The translations under genes and the position numbers were made by a program. From a virus (Duplodnaviria > Caudoviricetes), in IMG/VR virus record IMGVR_UViG_3300028196_000015, positions 1 through 58,336 of that record: a stretch of DNA of 58,336 nt, one strand, 5' to 3'. The notes beneath the pieces are model-generated. The model saw nothing but the letters and a program-made list of their open reading frames with translations. It made no database searches and was not told the origin of the DNA. Every line of letters begins with the position of its first letter. The first letter of the stretch is position 1. Positions 35,901 through 45,030 of this stretch are shown here, one piece after another.

Positions 35901-36675
35901 GTATGACAGAAATAAATCCAATAAAGTCGTTCAATATACTGGAAATTTTTCCAATCAAATTATCATTACAACCATTTTCTCTAACTATCTTGACTGTAGA
36001 TAAAATTGCTGCATGTTTAGCAGATGCTTTATCTTCTCTTGTTAGTTTATCTGCACCAGGGACTGTAGTTGTATCTCCTTCAGGAGTTGTGGGTTCTGAT
36101 TCAGGAGATGGTATTTTGCCAGGAGTTGCACTAGAACCTGCATTTGGCAATGGGTTTGGTGATGTATCTGCACTTCCTTGTGTGACAGTGCTTAATGCTT
36201 TTTGCTGTGTTGGTCCTTGAACTAATTTTCCTCGACTGGCACTAAATGGTTTTAGTTCGTCTTTTATAGATTCTAATGGAAAACTACCAACACTTTCATT
36301 TCTATGAATACAACCAACAACTACTGGTTGCTGTGCTTCTTCACCATCAATAAAAAATCCGAAGGCAGTTTCTCCACCAGTTAAACGCAATGTTTGACCA
36401 ACACCACCCTGAGCAGCACCATCAGCACCAGTTGTCATTACATGCGCCCAAGGCAAGTCGTTATCAGGCAATACCTCCCTATCAAAAGGATGATACCCAA
36501 TCACTCTTACTTTACATCTATATGCCCAAGCAGTTCCTAATGGATTTTCAACAGATAATGTGTCTGGGTCGGTCATTTCTGTTCTCCAAACAGCTGCTGG
36601 AGCAATTTGACCTATCCACCAAACAAATCCGTCTTTTCCAATAAAATTGGATTTTAGTAAAGAACCTTCAATCAT
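32992..36675 (-). CDS. gp5: baseplate hub protein gp5 with inserted Calx-beta/Ig-like repeats and Pro-rich linkers
   Basis: Gp5 OB-fold signature FVWWIGQI, RCKVRVIGYH, DLPWA, GFFIDGEEAQQPVVVG; ends YVDCV. Confidence 0.88.
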   Translation of the reverse strand: MIEGSLLKSNFIGKDGFVWWIGQIAPAAVWRTEMTDPDTLSVENPLGTAWAYRCKVRVIGYHPFDREVLPDNDLPWAHVMTTGADGAAQGGVGQTLRLTGGETAFGFFIDGEEAQQPVVVGCIHRNESVGSFPLESIKDELKPFSASRGKLVQGPTQQKALSTVTQGSADTSPNPLPNAGSSATPGKIPSPESEPTTPEGDTTTVPGADKLTREDKASAKHAAILSTVKIVRENGCNDNLIGKISSILNDFIGFISVIQEFQGSYIDPITNTFVDIAQSIKGFASRIAGVVKFIVNNMRGAIINLVTSLFRDFIAKILPLPQHPPVAEATKNIINIIFCLFENLLPKLLQFIENLLTNMVGRVINAPLCAAEEFTAGILGKMMELLDDILEPVMSGLDWLLGGLSQISSVLSQVSSVAQQILNFIGCDQLKCQPASTWSPLTGPLSNYKDSWARTLSKLDLLKGVNESIDEAMGFTSLFGYTGNSPFRDCSREAINPSKQDSITPLPPGIKAAICIPPEIRIYGDGVQAAAVPIVADDGSILTVEVLNAGKGYTKAPSATIIDNTNHGTGAELGVNIENGTISGIYVINAGTGFCKGDYTNLAPPPTYLVTANKYTVFEGDTVEFTINTTNTPDGTKLEYDITGDINLSDINLKKLNKKININNNTASLIIKVKQDSEPEAVETMFFNLFDKDGTLVANTLVFVNDVATPLLVPEPTDPSESPPGVTPPPPGGGSTGPTPKPPTPPDIDPPGPTPVTPPSPPPIPIDPDTPPGIPDPPLPPEPPSPIDATYTLSASKTSIDEGESVTFTLKTTNVPSNTSVGYSLSGISDNDVVGGKTLGFFTIGNDGQATVTIKTVIDSLNELVEVMRMTLNNGKAFSSVTIRDINPQPPEPPTPEPIPDPDPTPEPTPGPTPDPDPNSVRYKLVSDKSTLLKGENVLITLSTTNLDDGQRVSYTISGVNSGDLSPESSLTGNFVVNSNKSQVLIKTIINDSEEDKVIRLTLNNGRSSIQIPLTNKREPIVPGGTYKLSSDKPRVSEGESFNVTLSTKNINDGEKVGYTISGVTPDDLASGTKLQGEFIVQSNISTLQIQTLEDNFPSENNILFLSLNNGKDSVSIPLIDKPVGVGTTSVGIITSVVPVTPGIGYTSGDRVVMGPCSYTPILAPNGSIIGVTSLTCNSRFSEYPTVEIITNTGDGASIYPILKYTPLYTKVRTFNQVGVVSYVDCV

Positions 36676-36681
36676 TTTTTA

Positions 36682-36909
36682 TCAATCTTCGTAAACTAAA
36701 CACTCTGGCTCTGATGGGTTAGCATCACAGTAAAGTTCCAATGGAGTTGGATCATGATGATCACCTCCATCAATATCTGCTTTATGATTTTCTGCATACT
36801 CTTCTAATTCATGCAGTTCTGTTTCAATGTGCCGACGTTGTTGTGGAGATATAGTTGAGTTGTCTAAAATCTCTTTATCAACTTTGATATGCTTTTCGAT
36901 ACTTTCCAT
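36682..36909 (-). CDS. cp12: CP12 Calvin-cycle inhibitor (auxiliary metabolic gene)
   Basis: C-terminal CP12 motif LELYCDANPSEPECLVYED. Confidence 0.92.
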   Translation of the reverse strand: MESIEKHIKVDKEILDNSTISPQQRRHIETELHELEEYAENHKADIDGGDHHDPTPLELYCDANPSEPECLVYED

Positions 36910-36918
36910 ATTTACCTC

Positions 36919-38241
36919 TTAGTTAGATTTGCCATATACTCCGTAACTATCTCTAATAAGTTTTAAAGTAGTTACCATTTGATTACCTTCTATGTGGTGC
37001 CTTAATTGACTTATCAAGTAATTTCCACTTTGTTCGGGTTCAATATTACTAGAACCACCTCTAATTTCAGGAAATTCACAATATATAAGATCACCCGCCT
37101 TCAAAATAATATTACATGGTACTGTCATATTTAGGGACTGAGTGAAGAGTAAATTGTATCTTGCTGCTGCTTTTGCCATATCTGCAGGATCTCTTCCTGA
37201 TGGGGTTGAAATGTCCTCAGTATTATCTAGAACACCAGTATCGGCAATTCTTACCATCTGTCGAGTCCATCCTTCACCCAATTCTTCTGATAATGCAATA
37301 TCATTATCAGTCCCCAAAGTTAACTTAATTTGTTCTTTTAATTTGTAAATATATGTTTTACAAATTCCATTATAGTAATCATAGAAGTATGTTTTATTTA
37401 CATACATACCTACTCTTAGTGATTTTAACAAATCAATATTTTTTTCAATACCATAATTTAAGATTCTAAATTGAGGTTTAGTATCATCATATGATGTTGC
37501 TCCTGTGTAAGTATAACTCTGAATCTCCGTATTGTCAGCTGACCCAGAACCAATTTGTGTGTTTGAAACCAAACTTTCTATACTTTTAAAGTTAAATCCA
37601 TCTTTATTCTCCCAGAAAAAGAATCCAGCAGTTCCTTTTGCTTCACCTTCTGTACTTCCATCACCAGCATTTCCCCCACCACTATCTTCTGCTACTATTG
37701 GTAACCCCTTTGTTCCCAACCAAGTAAGAACTCTAAATGGTTTTCTTATGTTTCCTATAAAACTATATGAATTAGAAGTTTGTTCAATATTTTCTGATTC
37801 ATATTTTGTCGTCCCCAAATCTTCTTCCAGTATCTTCTCTACTGTAGGTTTTAGATTACCTGTATATTTTCTTAAACACCTTGATTTTTCATTATTTATT
37901 CCTTCATATGAAGTGAAATGAATAGTGAAGTATTCATTAGTATCTCTAGGATTAATATTACTAACTTTAAATACATACATTGAGTATTCCTCGTCCAATG
38001 TAAATTCACCACTAGCAGTTTCAACACTAAATACAAATTTTTCACCTCCCCTAATGGGTAGAGAATTATATAATGATGTTGTATTAACAACTGTTACTGA
38101 CATGGTTACACATGGAGATAAAATATCCTCATAGTAATCAGAATGGATAATTAAATTGGATATATCAACTTCCGTCTCTCCATCTAGAGATGTTATGACG
38201 GCATAATTAAATTGTAAACCACTTACTGCTTCGTTTGCCAT
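36919..38241 (-). CDS. baseplate hub protein (gp27-like, inferred)
   Basis: YYEDILSP, LPIRGGE, FFFWENKDGFNFKSIE, L-AGD-I, SGNYLISQLRH, LIRDS; position between gp5 and the lysins. Confidence 0.6.
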   Translation of the reverse strand: MANEAVSGLQFNYAVITSLDGETEVDISNLIIHSDYYEDILSPCVTMSVTVVNTTSLYNSLPIRGGEKFVFSVETASGEFTLDEEYSMYVFKVSNINPRDTNEYFTIHFTSYEGINNEKSRCLRKYTGNLKPTVEKILEEDLGTTKYESENIEQTSNSYSFIGNIRKPFRVLTWLGTKGLPIVAEDSGGGNAGDGSTEGEAKGTAGFFFWENKDGFNFKSIESLVSNTQIGSGSADNTEIQSYTYTGATSYDDTKPQFRILNYGIEKNIDLLKSLRVGMYVNKTYFYDYYNGICKTYIYKLKEQIKLTLGTDNDIALSEELGEGWTRQMVRIADTGVLDNTEDISTPSGRDPADMAKAAARYNLLFTQSLNMTVPCNIILKAGDLIYCEFPEIRGGSSNIEPEQSGNYLISQLRHHIEGNQMVTTLKLIRDSYGVYGKSN

Positions 38242-40448
38242 TAGGTATCGTTTAGATTGGTTAAGAATATCTTTTTCATTAAACTATTTACCAAAGAAGT
38301 ATTGGAGGATGGAATAGGAATTAGTTGCTGAGAAGAACCTCCCCCACCAGATATAGAAGGTGCTCCACCCACACCACCAGAAGATGATGTGCTTGGTAAT
38401 GTTATAGGTACAATTTTAACTCCAGAACCTGGTTTATCATAAGATGGATAGTGTCTAATACTTTCTGGTGTCCTTTGTAGTCCTTTTGAATCTAATTCAA
38501 ACCCACCTATAGCATTGGGGTCTATTTGTCCTTTTGGTACTGCTGTTCCGATGGCAGTAGATAAACTTTCAATAAACTCATCAAATTTTTTGGTTTGTGT
38601 AAAATTCTTCCCATAATGCTTTTCCCAATCAACCATAACACCAAGTTCAACTAATGCTGTGGGTGATGCAGCACCAGCATTTACTGTTGCATTTCCCTGA
38701 GTGCTTGTTCTAAAACTTCCAAGTTCGGGATTGGAAGATGAAAATTCACTTAACGCAGTATTGATAGGTGCGGCAATATTTGAATCTTCATCGTCTCCAG
38801 GTCTTGTTATGGTCATGAATCCCGTACTTCCTTTGGCATCAAAATGAAGTGGTAAAACTCGAACACCCTTTTTAGATTGCGATTTGATATACTTATCATA
38901 TGCTTGATATGAAGAAAATGACTCTGGTTTTACAATAGCAACATTATATCCTTTTGCTTCTAACTTTGCTTTTAATTTTTCTGCAGCAGGATCTTGATGC
39001 TCACGTTCTCGACCATCAGCACCAGTTGATCTAGATTGTTCAAAAGATGTTTTGGCATCAGTATCTGGAAATTTTCCAGATAAAGAAGATGGAACATGGT
39101 CCAAAGGAATAATAATATCATGTGATCCTTTAGAAGAAATACCTGCCATTTTCTCTTTTTTAACCACATCTGGTGATGATTTTGAACCATATGCCCCATG
39201 ACCCACAAATGCTTGTGTTCCTGCAATTCTTCCTTGAACACCAAATCCATTAGATATTTCCTTAACATTTTTTATTCCAGGAATTGCAGTTCCTTTTGGT
39301 GCTGCAATATCAATTCCAGCATGAGAACTACCAGATTTTCTACTCACATGAGCATTCTGCTCTTGCTCGATATATTTCTGCAATGTTGCATCATCTGGTG
39401 GATTATCAGGATTTACGTTAATTTGTGCATTAGTAAATGTAAAAGGTATCTTTCTTGACAACAAATTCTTAGCAATTTTATACGCACCTTTCCTAGCAGC
39501 AGGAAAACCTTCTGGTTTACCATAAAGTTCATGATCTGGTCCAATATGAAAATGGTCACCACGAGAATCTCCAGTATTACCTTGTATAAAAGTATTTTCT
39601 CCTTCCAATCCTTTATGTAGATTATCGAGCATTGATGATTGGGGGTTTTCTGAAGGTGGTGCTTTGGGTAATAGTCCAAACCCAGTTAAAAAATTAGTGA
39701 ATTGATCGGAAAATCCTTTAAATGATCTCAAAAATCCGTCATAAGCATTTTTATCTTTTATATCTTTTAGAGAGTCTTTTTGTTCTTGTATGGACTCTGT
39801 TGTCACATCATCTTGTTTATTTTGTGTTGCTTCATACACTCTATCACCAACAAAACCTCCTAAAAAATCACCTGCCATACTACCCACAACAAATCCGAGA
39901 CCAGGAACAGGTATAAGTGCCTGTCCAATCATCCCTCCAAGTATTCCACCAGCAAGAGCTCCACCAGCACCTGCTGCTGCTTCTCCCATACTTTCCCCCT
40001 CCATCAATCCAGTAGCAAAATCAAGTCCTGCAAATATTGAATTTAAGATACCAATAGACTTTAACGGACCAAATTTTATTTTTGAACCAGAAAATTTAGG
40101 TTTTTTTGGTTTTCCTGATGGTTTTTGGGGTTTTCCTGTTGTTCCTTTTTGTGGATACATGCCCCCAAGTAAACCAGCGGTGTCTACGGCACCCGATGCG
40201 AAATTACTCAGTAAACTACCAGGATTACCAAATAAACCACCAACATTTAAATTTTGTAATTCCTTTATCTTTCTCTTCTTTGGAAGATTTATTGCATCCA
40301 AAGCATTTTTTTCTCTGTCAATTAATAGAGAAAATGATTCATAATCTTGCTGCATTTTTGGCAGTTCTCTTTTAGTTCTGCTATTGAATGCGGCAATATT
40401 ATTAAATGCCGATACTAATGGTGATGATACTGCTTTTGCTTTTGCCAT
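38241..40448 (-). CDS. baseplate/tail-associated murein hydrolase (M23-like plus Amidase_3 domains)
   Basis: Gly-zipper GGALAGGILGG; GNTGDSRGDHFH and HAGIDIA (M23 Zn ligands); IIIPLDH...E...LPLHFD...ALVELG (N-acetylmuramoyl-L-alanine amidase). Confidence 0.75.
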   Translation of the reverse strand: MAKAKAVSSPLVSAFNNIAAFNSRTKRELPKMQQDYESFSLLIDREKNALDAINLPKKRKIKELQNLNVGGLFGNPGSLLSNFASGAVDTAGLLGGMYPQKGTTGKPQKPSGKPKKPKFSGSKIKFGPLKSIGILNSIFAGLDFATGLMEGESMGEAAAGAGGALAGGILGGMIGQALIPVPGLGFVVGSMAGDFLGGFVGDRVYEATQNKQDDVTTESIQEQKDSLKDIKDKNAYDGFLRSFKGFSDQFTNFLTGFGLLPKAPPSENPQSSMLDNLHKGLEGENTFIQGNTGDSRGDHFHIGPDHELYGKPEGFPAARKGAYKIAKNLLSRKIPFTFTNAQINVNPDNPPDDATLQKYIEQEQNAHVSRKSGSSHAGIDIAAPKGTAIPGIKNVKEISNGFGVQGRIAGTQAFVGHGAYGSKSSPDVVKKEKMAGISSKGSHDIIIPLDHVPSSLSGKFPDTDAKTSFEQSRSTGADGREREHQDPAAEKLKAKLEAKGYNVAIVKPESFSSYQAYDKYIKSQSKKGVRVLPLHFDAKGSTGFMTITRPGDDEDSNIAAPINTALSEFSSSNPELGSFRTSTQGNATVNAGAASPTALVELGVMVDWEKHYGKNFTQTKKFDEFIESLSTAIGTAVPKGQIDPNAIGGFELDSKGLQRTPESIRHYPSYDKPGSGVKIVPITLPSTSSSGGVGGAPSISGGGGSSQQLIPIPSSNTSLVNSLMKKIFLTNLNDT
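38463..38527. repeat. 65-bp direct repeat, copy 1
   Basis: 61/65 identical to 40682-40746; encodes IDPNAIGGFELDSKGLQRTPE. Confidence 0.9.
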
Positions 40449-42565
40449 TATCCGTCAACAATATTGTAAGTTAGTTTTGAATACATGGTTAAAAAGTTTT
40501 CACTATCACCAGATGCTAACTGTGGAACTGTTGGTCCTTCATTTTTACCTGGAAGAATAGTAGGAGAACCCCCTCCAGATGCTTGCTGTTGTGGTGCCGC
40601 ACCAGACAAATCTATTGGAACAACACTTGACGACCCACCACCAGAATCTGATGGTATTGGTTGAGATATTGATTCTATTTGTTCTGGTGCCCTTTGTAGT
40701 CCTCTTGGATCTAATTCAAACCCACCTGTAGCATTGGGGTCTATTTTTGCAACTGGAAGTTTTCCAATTTTACCACCAGGACCAAAGAAATAATTTCCTC
40801 CAGGACCTCTTCTCTTACCCTGTCCAGGATATCCTCTAAATGAAATTAAATCACTAACATAGTCACGAGATTGTGCTGCTACTGCAGTATTATTTTTGAA
40901 TTGCTTTAACACATTTGATGCCTGTGCTGCATTACCGGGTTTTCCGATAAAATCAGAAAAGTTTTGTATACCACCAGTACCACTAGTTAGTTCTTTTATT
41001 TTTTTAATTCTTTCTTCTGGTGTTTTTCCAAGTTTTGCTTTTATTGGACCATATACATCTTCTGCATCAGGGTCTTTACTTGGAATATCATATATCATTG
41101 ATGATATTGGAGTAAACTGTTCTCTCTCAGTCATCTGTCCAAATAAATCACCATAAGGTGTGAGTGGATTATCAACACGATTTAACGCTACTTGCATAAC
41201 ATCTGCTTGATTTTGTAATCCAGTTGCTTCTAATGTTGATGCAACAGCAGCCAGATTCTCACCTGCTACTGTAGAACCAGTAGTATCTCCTGTTGGTGTT
41301 GCTACTGGTGGTGCTGGTGATGGGTCATCATTTCTATCTTTACCTAAAAATCCAGATATCGTTCCAGCAAATCCATCAACAATACCTTTTAATGAATCAA
41401 GGAAATTAAATTTTTGATTTTCTTTTTCTTTTTGTATCTCGGGTTTATTTTCCAATGCATTTACTGCTCCAGCTCCACCAATCACCGCACCACCAACTGC
41501 TAATGGAGCTAGCAGTTTCCCTAGACCACGAGATCTACCACCTCTAGGTTTTACTTTACTTGCTGATTTACGTGGCATATTAACATCAAGATTAATACCA
41601 CTACCTCTACCTGAAGATGCTTTTGGTAGATTTGATAATTGTGAAACAATTTTAAATAAGGTTTGCCTTACTAACTTAGCAACCTCAAAACTTTCAGTAA
41701 ATGAAGTAACAAGATTCTTTAAATTTTTTCTTAATCCATCAACATTCTTTTTATTTGCAAAGAACTGTAAGAAACCTAAAGCATTATTATATGTGTCTAA
41801 GAACTTATCTAAAATATTTGTTGGTTTAGACGCATCAATATCTTTTATTTTCTTTTGATAGTCACCTGTTAATTTTTGTACTATGTTTGTTGTTTCTTGC
41901 CGTACATTTTTTAGAGTATTCTGAACTTGGGTTACTTGGGAACCCTGTGATTGTCTAACTTGCTGTATCTGAGTACTTAATCCTGCACCAACATCTGTTA
42001 TCTTTTTATCAACATTTCTATTCGTGATATTAGTTGACTTAGCAATCAACTGATTCACTTGGTTCATAATATTCTTTGGACCCATATTTCCACCTAAGGG
42101 GTCCTTAGTTTTTGATTCCTTTACTGAATCAATTTGTTTTTGTAAATCACCAGATATATTCTGAATTAATTTATTGTTTTCTTTGGTAATATTTTTAACA
42201 GAGGTTTGTAAATTCGTTATATTTGATTCTCTTCTCTCAACAATATTTCCTACTTGTCTAACTATTAATTTATTATTATCTTTTATTTTGTCACTAACTG
42301 TTCTGTTAACAAGGTTAGTGACGTTTTGTATTGCACTATTAAGTTCATTTTGTATATTACTAGAAATTGTATTAACAATAGAACTTATATCTGGATTAAC
42401 TGCCTTTACCGTTGCCTTCTGAAAACCAACATTTTGCTGCCCAGCAGCATCTACTACAGAGTTCTCAATTGGTGAACCACCAGTAATAAACTGCTGAAAT
42501 GAATCAAGACTTGCAGGTGGATTACCTGTAATTGCTTCTGGATTTATAGGTGGTCTAACGGGCAT
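40448..42565 (-). CDS. tape-measure/baseplate-like coiled-coil protein with SleB-like (Hydrolase_2) lytic transglycosylase domain
   Basis: Long Q/N-rich helical N-region; STLEA...QADVMQVALNRV...EQF; FRG and GGNYF motifs. Confidence 0.7.
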   Translation of the reverse strand: MPVRPPINPEAITGNPPASLDSFQQFITGGSPIENSVVDAAGQQNVGFQKATVKAVNPDISSIVNTISSNIQNELNSAIQNVTNLVNRTVSDKIKDNNKLIVRQVGNIVERRESNITNLQTSVKNITKENNKLIQNISGDLQKQIDSVKESKTKDPLGGNMGPKNIMNQVNQLIAKSTNITNRNVDKKITDVGAGLSTQIQQVRQSQGSQVTQVQNTLKNVRQETTNIVQKLTGDYQKKIKDIDASKPTNILDKFLDTYNNALGFLQFFANKKNVDGLRKNLKNLVTSFTESFEVAKLVRQTLFKIVSQLSNLPKASSGRGSGINLDVNMPRKSASKVKPRGGRSRGLGKLLAPLAVGGAVIGGAGAVNALENKPEIQKEKENQKFNFLDSLKGIVDGFAGTISGFLGKDRNDDPSPAPPVATPTGDTTGSTVAGENLAAVASTLEATGLQNQADVMQVALNRVDNPLTPYGDLFGQMTEREQFTPISSMIYDIPSKDPDAEDVYGPIKAKLGKTPEERIKKIKELTSGTGGIQNFSDFIGKPGNAAQASNVLKQFKNNTAVAAQSRDYVSDLISFRGYPGQGKRRGPGGNYFFGPGGKIGKLPVAKIDPNATGGFELDPRGLQRAPEQIESISQPIPSDSGGGSSSVVPIDLSGAAPQQQASGGGSPTILPGKNEGPTVPQLASGDSENFLTMYSKLTYNIVDG
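40682..40746. repeat. 65-bp direct repeat, copy 2
   Basis: 61/65 identical to 38463-38527; encodes IDPNATGGFELDPRGLQRAPE. Confidence 0.9.
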
Positions 42566-42737
42566 TGTTTTGCTGTTGTTGTTTTAACTGTTCCTCTTCA
42601 ATATGCTGCTTCAAAAGTCCAACATAAACATCTCTTTCCCAAGGAATCATACTTTCTACCTCAGTCAAAGAATATTTATGAAACTGTAGCAAAGCAAAAT
42701 TTATTCTATAGTATGCCTCAAGATCCATATGAGACAT
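42555..42737 (-). CDS. gp51: baseplate hub assembly catalyst gp51
   Basis: YYRINFALLQFHKYSLTEVESMIPWERDVYV. Confidence 0.9.
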   Translation of the reverse strand: MSHMDLEAYYRINFALLQFHKYSLTEVESMIPWERDVYVGLLKQHIEEEQLKQQQQNNAR

Positions 42738-42739
42738 AA

Positions 42740-43471
42740 TCAGCCGAAAAAACTCGTTAATCCCTCCAACGTAACTGTATTTAACACACCAGTTTTAGGA
42801 TTCTTTACTGATATTGTGTGAGAAAGTTTTGGCATGGTTTGAAAAAACTTTTCAATTTCTTTAAATTGTTCTGAAGTTAAACCTTCAACAAATTCTAAAA
42901 GTTCTTGCTGCGTACAATCTGCACCAGCCCATGCTTCTTCTGCGTTAAAAACAGTATCAATACATGATGCAATAATATTAAATGACTTTTCAATATTACT
43001 TTCATCCTGAACATCATTAAAATCAAAATTATTTTTAATAAATTGATCTAATGATGGATACTTCATTCTCATTATTAAATCAGAACCCAAATTAATGTCA
43101 GGATTGTGATTTGTATCTTTATGAACTTTTACTTCATCAACAAACACAGTTACTGGAACTTGTGTGTTGCTATCATCATCATAACATGTAACTAAAAGAT
43201 CAATTGATTCACCTACAGATTTTCCTCTAACATTTAAGAAAATATATTCAATATCAAATGTTGGCAATTCATCTACTTTAATGTCTTTTGTTAAAATGCA
43301 CTCAGATAATACCTGTTTAATTGCATTTGTAATTTGCATTGCATCTCTTGTTTCTAATGCAATAATTAATACTTTTTCTTCTCTAACTAGAAATGGTCTG
43401 TATTTAATCTTTTTTTCGTTAGATGGTAATTCCAACTCATAAGTTGGGGTAGATATTTTTGGTAAAGGCAT
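42740..43471 (-). CDS. gp26: baseplate hub subunit gp26
   Basis: MPLPKI-TPTYEL-LPS, YRPFLVREEK, FDIEYIFLNVRGKSVGE, LEGL-SFF. Confidence 0.92.
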   Translation of the reverse strand: MPLPKISTPTYELELPSNEKKIKYRPFLVREEKVLIIALETRDAMQITNAIKQVLSECILTKDIKVDELPTFDIEYIFLNVRGKSVGESIDLLVTCYDDDSNTQVPVTVFVDEVKVHKDTNHNPDINLGSDLIMRMKYPSLDQFIKNNFDFNDVQDESNIEKSFNIIASCIDTVFNAEEAWAGADCTQQELLEFVEGLTSEQFKEIEKFFQTMPKLSHTISVKNPKTGVLNTVTLEGLTSFFG

Positions 43472-43500
43472 AATGTTTCAGTAAACTTCAGTAAAATTAT

Positions 43501-44325
43501 TTAGAATAGATTTCCAATTGCATTAAATATGTCGTCAAAGGTTGGAGTTATATTTCCAGTTGGTAGGGTTGATACATTACCACCATGCTTTTCATAAACA
43601 TATCTAGAGTATGAAAACTCAACAGTAACTTTTGTTATTGTGGAACCTTCATATGATAATGGAATTGCTGATATATTTGTTGGAAATGCATCAATTAGTC
43701 TATATGTTATTGTTGGTACACTTTGTAAGTTTTCACCCCCTTGTGATGGATTTTGTCTGAAATTCCTTTCAAATTTAACTATTGAAATAATTCTCTTATA
43801 ACTATCAGGATATCTCATCCTGAAAAATTGATTTCTATCTTTTTGATTGCCAAATCCTCTTGCTGATGGTGCTACTGGTCCATTAGAAGATTGTAACGGG
43901 TTTATATAATTCATCCATTCTTCAAATACTCTCATAATTTTATAGTCATTATCAATATAAAATGTTAATTGAACAGGAGCAAAAATTCTTCTTGTCGGAA
44001 ATCTTTCTATTACACCCTGACGAGAACCCATTTCCTCTGCAACATCAAAAGTTGCTCCTGGAATTACTGCTTCGGCACAGAAAAAATCATAATAAGTATT
44101 CATTGCTGCATCAATAGTTATACCACTTTGTTGCATCCAATCTAATAAATCATCACCTGCACTACCATTTCCCAGATGCAATGCAACTTTAAATTGACTA
44201 CTAAAAGATACGTTACCTAGTACGTCCATCCCACCAGCAAGTGTGAGACCCCCCTCATTTCTGGGAGTGGTCATCTTCATATATAATGGACCTAAATCTG
44301 GTTGTCCAGCGTTTTGATCTGCCAT
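43501..44325 (-). CDS. tail tube initiator / gp54-like (gp19 fold) protein
   Basis: C-EA-IPG, LTFYID, FEEWMNYI, LIDAFPTNI, VTVEFSY; divergent from gp4. Confidence 0.7.
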   Translation of the reverse strand: MADQNAGQPDLGPLYMKMTTPRNEGGLTLAGGMDVLGNVSFSSQFKVALHLGNGSAGDDLLDWMQQSGITIDAAMNTYYDFFCAEAVIPGATFDVAEEMGSRQGVIERFPTRRIFAPVQLTFYIDNDYKIMRVFEEWMNYINPLQSSNGPVAPSARGFGNQKDRNQFFRMRYPDSYKRIISIVKFERNFRQNPSQGGENLQSVPTITYRLIDAFPTNISAIPLSYEGSTITKVTVEFSYSRYVYEKHGGNVSTLPTGNITPTFDDIFNAIGNLF

Positions 44326-44334
44326 TTATAAATA
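44324..44334. promoter_or_regulatory. T4-type late promoter within a palindrome between divergent genes
   Basis: TATAAATA on + (44327-44334) inside the perfect palindrome ATTTATAAAT (44324-44333). Confidence 0.7.
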
Positions 44335-44362
44335 TGTTTTATAGAAGATTCCTATACTATGT

Positions 44363-44830
44363 ATGCCACATAAAGACGACTCTGGTTATAGACAAGGCAA
44401 ATTTAAACCACAAAAACCAGAAAAATATAAAGGTGACCCAACAAAAATTATTTATAGGTCATCATATGAATTAAAGTTTATGCGATATTGTGATTTGACT
44501 GAAAGTGTAAACGAATGGAGGTCTGAGGAGTTTTTTATACCATACCGTTCACCTTTAGATAATAAGTTTCACAGGTATTTTCCAGATTTCTTTGTGAAAT
44601 ATAAAGACAAAAATGGAACGATAAGAACTATGGTTGTAGAAATCAAACCACAAAAAGACTTAAAAATGCCTGAACAAAAACCTAAACGTAAAACAAAATC
44701 TTGGGCTTATAGTGTAAAAACTTGGGCAGTTAATCAGGCAAAATGGGAAGCAGCAAAAGAATGGTGTGCTGATAGAAAATATGAATTTAAAATACTTACC
44801 GAAAAGGAGTTGGGAATAAAACTAAAATGA
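44363..44830 (+). CDS. gp4: head completion nuclease gp4
   Basis: GKFKP-KPEKYKGDP, YRSSYE, W-SEE, RYFPDF, VEIKP, NQAKWEAA, FKILTE. Confidence 0.93.
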   Translation: MPHKDDSGYRQGKFKPQKPEKYKGDPTKIIYRSSYELKFMRYCDLTESVNEWRSEEFFIPYRSPLDNKFHRYFPDFFVKYKDKNGTIRTMVVEIKPQKDLKMPEQKPKRKTKSWAYSVKTWAVNQAKWEAAKEWCADRKYEFKILTEKELGIKLK

Positions 44831-45027
44831 ATAACGAAGAAAATGAATATGACTATCAAGTAAATTTAACAATAGAAGATATACGTCTTCTACAACATTG
44901 TGTCCAGGAAACACTCAAGTATTGGCCAGGTTCTCCTGCTAGACCCGCCGATGAACAAGAACACTTATGGTATATGAGAGATTCTCTTTTCAGAATAACG
45001 ATGGATTATAATTTTAATAAAGGATAA
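44827..45027 (+). CDS. hypothetical protein
   Basis: 66 aa, WPGSPARPADEQEHL motif; ATGA coupling. Confidence 0.75.
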   Translation: MNNEENEYDYQVNLTIEDIRLLQHCVQETLKYWPGSPARPADEQEHLWYMRDSLFRITMDYNFNKG

Positions 45028-45030
45028 AAT

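Noticed and set aside
38463-40746. 65-bp repeat as the TR/VR pair of a diversity-generating retroelement
   Set aside because: Mismatches are not confined to adenines on one strand (two A/G, two T/C), both copies are coding, and there is no reverse transcriptase in the window
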